From an uncultured Clostridia bacterium (GTDB taxonomy: Bacteria; Bacillota; Clostridia; Christensenellales; CAG-138), in contig CAKTYT010000005.1 of the NCBI GenBank assembly GCA_934633695.1, forward strand, positions 6,865 to 70,864: DNA of 64,000 bases, in the 5' to 3' direction. A program made the translations under genes and the position numbers. Under the pieces are notes generated by a model. That model was not told the DNA's origin, ran no database searches, and saw only the letters and a program-made list of their open reading frames with translations. Numbering within the stretch: the stretch's first letter is position 1; each line of letters starts with the position of its first letter. Below are positions 58,308 to 64,000 of this stretch, in pieces.

Positions 58308-58964
58308 TTATTTTCGGAGACTAAGAATGATACCAAGTGCAATCGAAAGCACTGCTGCCGAAATGACCTGATATTCGGCAGGCAGCAGGAAGGTCAGGGT
58401 ATGTGCAGGTATCCAAAACAGCGGAATCGTTTTAAAAAGAGTGAACGAAACAAACCCGTGCCAGTCAACACCGCCTACAACGTCCTTGAGGGACGGCTTT
58501 TTCATTCCGGATGCCCGAAGTTCAAGGTATTTATCTGTACACTTATGGAAGGACATGAAGGTTGGACCGAAAGTTAGATTCATGACAGCCGCAGTGTAAA
58601 AAGCCTTGAGAAATTTTGAACCTGCACCGGGAAGAAGACCGCCTTCCATCATGCCGGCAATGCCAAAAGAATAAGTTTTCATCATGAAAGTTATTGCAAC
58701 GCCGATAACACCCCAAATTGTGATTCTTGCGAGCGTGTAAACGGGAAGGTTCCACTCCCCGCTGCGGATGCGGATGGCAAAGATCTCACCTACGGTTGCA
58801 AGAAGACCGAACTTGATAAAGCCCATGATGTATGGCAGGTTGGTCGAAAGTTCTTTAAAAACTTCCCTGCTTGCGGGAATTATGAGTACCGCCGCAAACA
58901 AAATAAGGACTGCCGCCGAAGCAATGCCGATGAGAAATTTTCCGTGTTTTTTTGTGCTGTTCAT
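58308..58964 (-). CDS. Hypothetical polytopic membrane protein
   Basis: Translation from MNSTKKHGKFLIGIASAAVLILF... has about 6 hydrophobic segments. No family assigned. Confidence 0.55.
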   Translation of the reverse strand: MNSTKKHGKFLIGIASAAVLILFAAVLIIPASREVFKELSTNLPYIMGFIKFGLLATVGEIFAIRIRSGEWNLPVYTLARITIWGVIGVAITFMMKTYSFGIAGMMEGGLLPGAGSKFLKAFYTAAVMNLTFGPTFMSFHKCTDKYLELRASGMKKPSLKDVVGGVDWHGFVSFTLFKTIPLFWIPAHTLTFLLPAEYQVISAAVLSIALGIILSLRK

Positions 58965-59141
58965 CAAAAACCTCCGAGGAATACTGTCGATTCCTAGCAT
59001 ACCATACGGGCATTATAAAGTAAAATATAACTTGCGGCGAATTGTTCTCCCCTTCTCCGGCGGAATGCGAATTTACCGCATTGAACAACAGCAGTCTGCG
59101 TGGTATAATATCGTGTAAACTTGTGCGGAGGTCAATGCCGA

Positions 59142-59843
59142 ATGGGAAGACGGGATAAGTTCTACGCAATAATAGGCGACATCGTTTCGTCAAGGAGTCT
59201 CTCAGACCGCTCAGAAGTGCAAAAAAAACTCAAAGGCGTGCTTGAGTGGGTGAATTCCGAATTTCGAAGCTCCATTGCAGCAAATTTTCTTATTACACTT
59301 GGTGATGAATTCCAGGGACTGCTTTGCGAACGCTGTGAGGATTCACCAATTCGCATTGCATTTGAAATAAGGCGGCTCATGCACCCCGTGAAAATACGAA
59401 TAAGCATAGGCTGCGGGGAATTAAGTACGGAAGTGGATCCATTATTTGCCATAGGAGCCGACGGAGAAGCTTTTTATATCGCAAGAGAGGGCATTGAAAG
59501 CCTTCGCAGCATGGAAAAACATGGAGGCTACGCGGTAAAGGGAGGTATCGTTGTCGGCACAGGCAGCGGAAAATGGGATAAATACCTCAATGAGATCCTG
59601 AGCTTGTCGAACACCCTTGAAGAGGGATGGACTGAAAGGCAGCGTGAGATTGCCGCAGAGCATACGCGAATTTGCCTTGCAAATGAAAAAAAAACTCAGC
59701 TTGACCTTGCGGGCGAATTTGGAATTTCACAGGGGTCTTTGAGCAAGAGCCTCACAGTTTCAAGGGCGAGAGAGTACGCAAGGGGGCTGTTGGTGGCTTC
59801 CGAAATGTTAAAAACGATCTGTCTCATGGAGGATACAGAATGA
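59142..59843 (+). CDS. SatD family protein with C-terminal HTH
   Basis: Starts MGRRDKFYAIIGDIVSSRSL...ITLGDEFQGLL (SatD-like). The C-terminus TQLDLAGEFGISQGSLSKSL looks like an HTH. Confidence 0.65.
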   Translation: MGRRDKFYAIIGDIVSSRSLSDRSEVQKKLKGVLEWVNSEFRSSIAANFLITLGDEFQGLLCERCEDSPIRIAFEIRRLMHPVKIRISIGCGELSTEVDPLFAIGADGEAFYIAREGIESLRSMEKHGGYAVKGGIVVGTGSGKWDKYLNEILSLSNTLEEGWTERQREIAAEHTRICLANEKKTQLDLAGEFGISQGSLSKSLTVSRAREYARGLLVASEMLKTICLMEDTE

Positions 59844-60598
59844 TACCCTACACCTTAATGTTCCTTTCCCACTGCATTGGCGACTATTATTTTCAACCTG
59901 CGTTTATTGCAAAACTGAAATCAAAAAATGCATTCGGCGTGCTGATTCACACGACGATCTATGCCGCAGTGATGTTTGCAACTTACCCTCTGTACAGGTG
60001 CCGCGAATATCTCATCGCTCTCATTATCTCAAGCACCACCCACGCAATCATTGATATTGTCAAACAGTTTATTCTGAATGCGAGGGCAAAGGCGGGTGTG
60101 CTGACCGTTCGTGAGGACAGAGCATTTTACCTTGTCGATCAGGTGTTGCATATGGCAATTATTCTTTGCTGTTCATTTATTGCTGCAAAGGGTATTCCGC
60201 AGAGCGAAGTTGCTTTTTTGAGCGTTGCCGTCAGAGAGCTTACCGGCATGAGCGGATATAGCCTTATCGGCATTGCGGCGGCACTTCTGGCGGTGATGAA
60301 ACCGGCAAACGTATTCATACAGAGGATACTTATAACCGATAAACCGGACAAGAATACTGTTACGAAGCTTAAGTACGGTGGGAAAATAGGCGATCTTGAA
60401 CGCATAATATCAATGGTCATGCTCATCCTCGGGCAATATGCGGCAATAGCACTGGTTTTTACTGCAAAATCTATTGTCAGGTACAGGGATTTTGAAGACC
60501 GCAGTTTTGCGGAATACTACCTTTACGGAACGATGCTCAGTGTGGTTGTTTGCATTTGCGTTTTCGGGCTGCTGAGGGTGTTCGGATGCCTGCTGTAA
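59840..60598 (+). CDS. DUF3307 family membrane protein
   Basis: The 252-aa ORF begins LSHCIGDYYFQP, typical of DUF3307. It overlaps the satD-like stop in an ATGA junction. Confidence 0.65.
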   Translation: MIPYTLMFLSHCIGDYYFQPAFIAKLKSKNAFGVLIHTTIYAAVMFATYPLYRCREYLIALIISSTTHAIIDIVKQFILNARAKAGVLTVREDRAFYLVDQVLHMAIILCCSFIAAKGIPQSEVAFLSVAVRELTGMSGYSLIGIAAALLAVMKPANVFIQRILITDKPDKNTVTKLKYGGKIGDLERIISMVMLILGQYAAIALVFTAKSIVRYRDFEDRSFAEYYLYGTMLSVVVCICVFGLLRVFGCLL

Positions 60599-60635
60599 TT
60601 TTAAACAAAGAAAGGTACGAAAGAGTGTGTTAAAA

Positions 60636-63230
60636 ATGAAACTTATTGCAATAGACGGTAATTCACTTATGCACCGTGCATATTATGCACTTCCCGGCAT
60701 GATGAGCAAAGATGGTACGCCTACGGGGGCATTGCACGGCTTTTTATCCATGCTCATGAAGCTTGTCGAGATGAGGCCGGATTATCTCGTTGTCGGTTTC
60801 GATATGCCAGTTAAGACCTTCAGACACGAAAAGTACGCTGAGTACAAGGCAGGAAGAAGGGAAACGCCTGATGATCTGAGGACCCAATTCCCCCTCATAA
60901 AGCAGGTCCTTGCCGGCATGAAAGTTCCCGTCGTCGAGTGTGAACGTTATGAAGCGGATGATATACTCGGAACATTTTCAAGGCTTGCGGCTGAAAGCGG
61001 TGTTGAATCACTGCTTGTGACGGGGGATCGCGATGCATTGCAGCTGGTAAGCGACACGGCTCATGTCCTGATGACAAAAAAGGGTATTACCGAGACAGTC
61101 GAGTATGACGAGGCAAGACTCAGAGAAGAATACGGACTCGAGCCCTCCCGCATGGTCGATTTAAAGGGTTTGATGGGCGATTCATCGGACAATCTTCCCG
61201 GCATAAAGGGTGTCGGCGAAAAAACGGCACTCAAGCTTCTTGCGAAGTATGGAAGCTTGGAAAACGTACTTGAAAATGCACAAAACGAAAAGGGTGCATT
61301 GCGTGAAAAACTCATAAACGGTGTCGATACTGCAAAACTGAGCTACGAACTCGGTACGATAAACACTTATGCTCCCATAGACAGAGGAATCGAAAGCTGT
61401 GCATTTTCCCCTTCCGGCATGGCAAATGCAATACCCCTGCTGACAAAGCTTGAGCTGAGGGCAATAACAAAGCGTGTCAGAGAGCTTTCGGGACTCGGTA
61501 AGGCTGATAACGACGGCGGTGAAATTCACGAAAAGGATGGCGGGACAACGAATATCATTAAGGTCGATTCACACGATGAACTCATGAAAATCTGCACTGA
61601 CCATGCAAATGCGAGGTACTTTGCAGCGGAAATAACAGAGGATGAAGTAAGCTTTGCTTTTTCGGAGTCCGGAGAGTGCAGCGGCATGTATTTTCTCAAA
61701 CTCGGCGGGACTCTGCTTGAACCCGGATTTACTCCGGAAGAAGTGCTGGATTGCCTTAAACCGCTGTTTGAGAACGAAAAAATCGATAAATGGCTGTTTG
61801 ATGCAAAAAATGTGATGACGCTGCTCAACCGTTACGGCATTTCGTGCAGCGGCATTGAGTTTGATGCAATGATTGCAGATTATCTTCTCAATGCGATACA
61901 CCCCGCCAATGATCTTTCGACACTTGCCCAAGAGTGCGGAGTGGAGGATACGGGGGCCGCAGCAATAGTAAAGCTCCGCTGTATTTTGGCGGATAAACTT
62001 GAAAAAGAAAATATGACAGAGCTTTATGAAAAAGTTGAGCTTCCGCTGATAAGCGTGCTGTTCGACATGGAGAGAACGGGATTCAAGACAGACAGGCAGA
62101 TACTCACTTCTCTCGGCGGCGATATGGACGCACGTGCCAAAATGCTGGCAGAGCAAATTTATGAGCTTGCGGATGAGGAATTCAATATCCTTTCACCCAA
62201 ACAGCTGAGCGGCATTTTGTTTGACAAACTCGGTCTGCCTGCAAAACGAAAGACGAAGACCGGTTATTCGACTGACAGCGATGTTCTCGAATCATTGAAG
62301 GGATTTCATCCCATTATCGAAAAAATAATTGAATACAGATTTTTGACGAAACTCAAATCGACATTTATCGATGCAATGCTCGAGAAGATGGGGTCGGACG
62401 GAAGGATACACACTACTTTCAATCAGAACGTCACTGCAACGGGCAGAATATCCTCACAGAAACCTAATTTGCAGAATATTCCCGTGCGTGAAGAACTTGG
62501 CAGAGAGATCCGAAAGGCCTTCGTGGCAAGTGACGGAAACTGCCTTGTCGGAGCGGATTACTCGCAAATTGAATTGAGAGTTCTTGCCCATATAAGCGGC
62601 GATGAAGCATTGATTCGTGCATTTACCGAAGGTGATGACATTCACACGAGGACCGCCGCAGAAGTCTTTTCGGTAGATAAGAGCGAAGTGACACCGCAAA
62701 TGCGTTCCGCTGCGAAGGCAGTGAATTTCGGTATCGTGTATGGAATAAGTGCATACGGCCTCTCCGAACAGCTGGGAATTTCCCCGAAGAGGGCTTCTGA
62801 ATATATCGAAAAATACCTCGACAGGTGCACCGGCGTGAAGCAGTTCATGCATGATGCAGTTGAGAAGGGCAGGAATAACGGATATGCGGAGACAATTATG
62901 GGCAGAAGGAGGGCATTGCCTGAAATTGCTTCATCAAACTACAACACTCGTTCATTCGGTGAACGTGTCGCAATGAATATGCCGATTCAGGGCAGTGCCG
63001 CCGACATAATCAAACTTGCAATGGTAAACGTGCATAGGCGTCTTAGGGAAGAAGGTTTGAAGGCAAAGCTCGTGCTCCAGGTTCACGATGAGCTGCTCAT
63101 TGATTCGCCGATGGATGAAGTTGAAAGCGTGTCAAAGCTGCTTCACGAGTGCATGTGCGGAGCAGTGACGCTGAAGGTTCCCCTCGTTGCAGAGGTCAAT
63201 ATCGGCAGGAGCTGGTTCGAAACGAAGTAA
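60636..63230 (+). CDS. polA: DNA polymerase I
   Basis: Has a 5'-nuclease domain (IDGNSLMHRAYYA), a central exo-like domain and a polymerase domain (motif A DYSQIELR, motif C QVHDEL). Confidence 0.92.
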   Translation: MKLIAIDGNSLMHRAYYALPGMMSKDGTPTGALHGFLSMLMKLVEMRPDYLVVGFDMPVKTFRHEKYAEYKAGRRETPDDLRTQFPLIKQVLAGMKVPVVECERYEADDILGTFSRLAAESGVESLLVTGDRDALQLVSDTAHVLMTKKGITETVEYDEARLREEYGLEPSRMVDLKGLMGDSSDNLPGIKGVGEKTALKLLAKYGSLENVLENAQNEKGALREKLINGVDTAKLSYELGTINTYAPIDRGIESCAFSPSGMANAIPLLTKLELRAITKRVRELSGLGKADNDGGEIHEKDGGTTNIIKVDSHDELMKICTDHANARYFAAEITEDEVSFAFSESGECSGMYFLKLGGTLLEPGFTPEEVLDCLKPLFENEKIDKWLFDAKNVMTLLNRYGISCSGIEFDAMIADYLLNAIHPANDLSTLAQECGVEDTGAAAIVKLRCILADKLEKENMTELYEKVELPLISVLFDMERTGFKTDRQILTSLGGDMDARAKMLAEQIYELADEEFNILSPKQLSGILFDKLGLPAKRKTKTGYSTDSDVLESLKGFHPIIEKIIEYRFLTKLKSTFIDAMLEKMGSDGRIHTTFNQNVTATGRISSQKPNLQNIPVREELGREIRKAFVASDGNCLVGADYSQIELRVLAHISGDEALIRAFTEGDDIHTRTAAEVFSVDKSEVTPQMRSAAKAVNFGIVYGISAYGLSEQLGISPKRASEYIEKYLDRCTGVKQFMHDAVEKGRNNGYAETIMGRRRALPEIASSNYNTRSFGERVAMNMPIQGSAADIIKLAMVNVHRRLREEGLKAKLVLQVHDELLIDSPMDEVESVSKLLHECMCGAVTLKVPLVAEVNIGRSWFETK

Positions 63231-63242
63231 AGGAATGATAGT

Positions 63243-63821
63243 ATGCTGATTGGTTTGACGGGGAGCATGGCGGCCGGAAAATCCTCAGTCTCCTCGATTT
63301 TGAGGGAAAAGGGCTTCTGCATTGTCGATGCGGATGAAATTGCACACGGGATCCTGAACAATGAAAAAATCATTGACCGGCTTTGCGGCTGCTTCGGCTT
63401 CGGGATCATGAATGCGGATGGATCGATAAATCGTCGCGAATTGGGCAGCAGAGCTTTTTTGTCGGAAGAAAATGTTGAGAAGTTGAATTCCATCACTCAT
63501 CCCGCAGTCATTGAAGAGGTCCTTTCGCAGGGGAGGAAAGCGGAAAAAGAAAAAAAATACGTCGTTCTCGATGTTCCGCTCCTGATTGAATCGGGATTGT
63601 ACAAAGCCTGTGATGTCATTTGGCTTGTATGTGCGAATATTGAGACAAGGTACCGCCGTATAATGGAGCGTGATGGGCTTGAGAGAGCGGTGGCTAAGAA
63701 AAGGGTTGCGGCTCAGATGCCCCAGTGGAAGAAGAAGCGTTTCGCGGACAGGGTAATTCTCAATGACGGCAGCCTCGATGATCTGAGAAAGAACGTTGAG
63801 GAGGTAATCAAAGCACTTTGA
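63243..63821 (+). CDS. coaE: Dephospho-CoA kinase
   Basis: The 192-aa ORF has the P-loop GLTGSMAAGKS. It shows the polA-coaE linkage. Confidence 0.88.
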   Translation: MLIGLTGSMAAGKSSVSSILREKGFCIVDADEIAHGILNNEKIIDRLCGCFGFGIMNADGSINRRELGSRAFLSEENVEKLNSITHPAVIEEVLSQGRKAEKEKKYVVLDVPLLIESGLYKACDVIWLVCANIETRYRRIMERDGLERAVAKKRVAAQMPQWKKKRFADRVILNDGSLDDLRKNVEEVIKAL

Positions 63822-63849
63822 AACACGATATTGAGGTGAAGGCGGCATT

Positions 63850-64000
63850 ATGGCAAAGAAAGGGCGAAAGCCGGAAACTAAAAAACAAAGGGCATGCGAA
63901 GAATTTATGAAAAAATTTTTCTTGTTGAGCTTCATTGCTGCTGCTGTTATTGCTGCCGCCGTATTTGGAGCAGAGAGACTGACTGAGCGTGCCTTTCCAA
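63850..64000 (+). CDS. Hypothetical membrane-anchored protein, truncated by the window end
   Basis: The ATG at 63850 follows a GAGGTGAAGG SD. The translation has a basic N-terminus and then a hydrophobic segment (FFLLSFIAAAVIAAAVF). Only 50 codons are visible. Confidence 0.4.
   Translation, partial: MAKKGRKPETKKQRACEEFMKKFFLLSFIAAAVIAAAVFGAERLTERAFP

Overview
This window looks like an origin-proximal chromosomal segment of a spore-forming Firmicute (Clostridia-like, inferred from spoIIGA-sigE, spmAB, parS/Spo0J and CIRCE). About 21 of 23 genes left of ~21.2 kb are on the minus strand, and all 8 genes from 21.6 to 30.7 kb are on the plus strand. The switch point is a 450-bp non-coding region directly upstream of dnaN that carries a DnaA-box cluster, so it is a candidate oriC, yet dnaA is not adjacent. 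The left arm holds a compact parA-parB-methyltransferase-tandem RluA-mnmG-rsmG operon with two perfect parS sites, plus spmAB, a THF-riboswitch-like leader in front of a FolT-like ECF S component, rsmI, cvpA, thpR and an M32 carboxypeptidase. The right arm holds tilS-hpt, galE, an LCP protein, greA-lysS, mreC-mreD-PBP2, a GntR/FCD regulator with a DegV gene, mgtE behind a long leader, CIRCE-controlled clpB, spoIIGA-sigE, addA without addB, feoAB, a heterodimeric ABC exporter, DUF1836 with two DegV genes, SatD with DUF3307, and polA-coaE. I found no rRNA, tRNA, CRISPR array, transposon, prophage or recognisable defence island, and no convincing wholly novel multi-gene system. The most unusual items are listed here. 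(1) oriC is uncoupled from dnaA. (2) mnmG has no canonical start codon and lies in frame with the upstream gene across a single TGA. (3) That upstream gene is a tandem two-domain RluA pseudouridine synthase. (4) The THF-like riboswitch carries an insertion and the FolT-like protein has an extra C-terminal domain. (5) The ~290-nt mgtE leader does not look like an M-box by eye. (6) Several poorly characterised gene pairs are present (SatD/DUF3307, DUF1836/DegV, LOG/USP/acidic protein). All calls rest on reading the supplied translations and the DNA by eye; no searches were run.
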